Source of the DNA: Enoplolaimus lenunculus
Taxonomy: Eukaryota
Assembly: GCA_030248215.1 (NCBI GenBank)
Contig: JASANG010000424.1
Location: 124,001 to 188,000, forward strand
DNA length: 64,000 bases
Direction: 5' to 3'
Shown here: one piece after another, positions 63,565 through 64,000 of the stretch
How positions within the stretch are numbered: the stretch's first letter is position 1
Layout of the letters: the number at the start of each line of letters is the position of its first letter
Notes under the pieces: generated by a model
The model's database searches: none
What the model was told of the DNA's origin: nothing
Seen by the model: only the letters and a program-made list of their open reading frames with translations
Position numbers and translations under genes: made by a program

Positions 63565-64000
63565 TTAGTAGCTTTAATTTTATCCTTTTCTACCGCGAAC
63601 ACTTTCAATTATTTTTAAGCTGAGATTTGAACTAGGGATTATAGGATAGAAGCTGTGTATCATAACCGCTTGGCCATACTGGCTCGCGTGAGTTCTTTGC
63701 CTGGCCCGCGTGAGTTCTTTGCATCCTTCCTAGATTTTCCATTGAGCTCATGAGTAATTATTGTAAATAGGCGACTATTTCATATACTGGGTTTATACAG
63801 TTATATATATCGTTGTTTTATATAAGGAAAACGCAAAATGTCCATTTGTTTTAAAATGTTCAAAATGTAGTGTCTTCTAGCAACTAGCAACTCTAATGAA
63901 ATCCGTTCACTGATTGATTAAAGTAAAATTTTTGATTGTGTTGTTGCTTAACGATCATAATAGAAAGCGTTGAGCGGTTTAGGGGTGTTGAAGTTATATA

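Overview
This is AT-rich, repeat-dense eukaryotic DNA, most likely from a nematode (inferred from TTTCAG-type acceptors, abundant TTAGGC telomere-type repeats and a Clc-type claudin); the species cannot be told from sequence alone. The ORF track is mostly noise. Splicing by hand, with phase checked at every junction, gives five complete intron-containing genes: (1) an LRR/LRRCT single-pass membrane protein (-, 6 exons, 720 aa); (2) an unusual SPFH/band-7 protein with tandem N-terminal beta-repeats, resembling protist/bacterial vacuolin-type proteins (-, 4 exons, 654 aa, one GC-AG intron); (3) a 5-exon neuropeptide-like precursor almost invisible to the ORF track (+, 171 aa: signal peptide, three KR-FL[L/I]PHR[I/M] copies and a C-terminal ...SSRFG-stop RFamide); (4) a 4-TM claudin-like protein (-, 4 exons, 196 aa); (5) a probable SNAPC2/SNAP45 homologue (+, 8 exons, 604 aa). 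The rest is mobile DNA: a frameshifted DD41D Tc1/mariner element, roughly 40 copies or fragments of a ~255-bp TA-flanked MITE, many 8-bp-TSD MITEs carrying (TTAGGC)n, Harbinger-like and piggyBac-like MITEs, short Helitrons, minisatellites and (TA)n tracts. Homology calls come from motif recognition only; no search was run.
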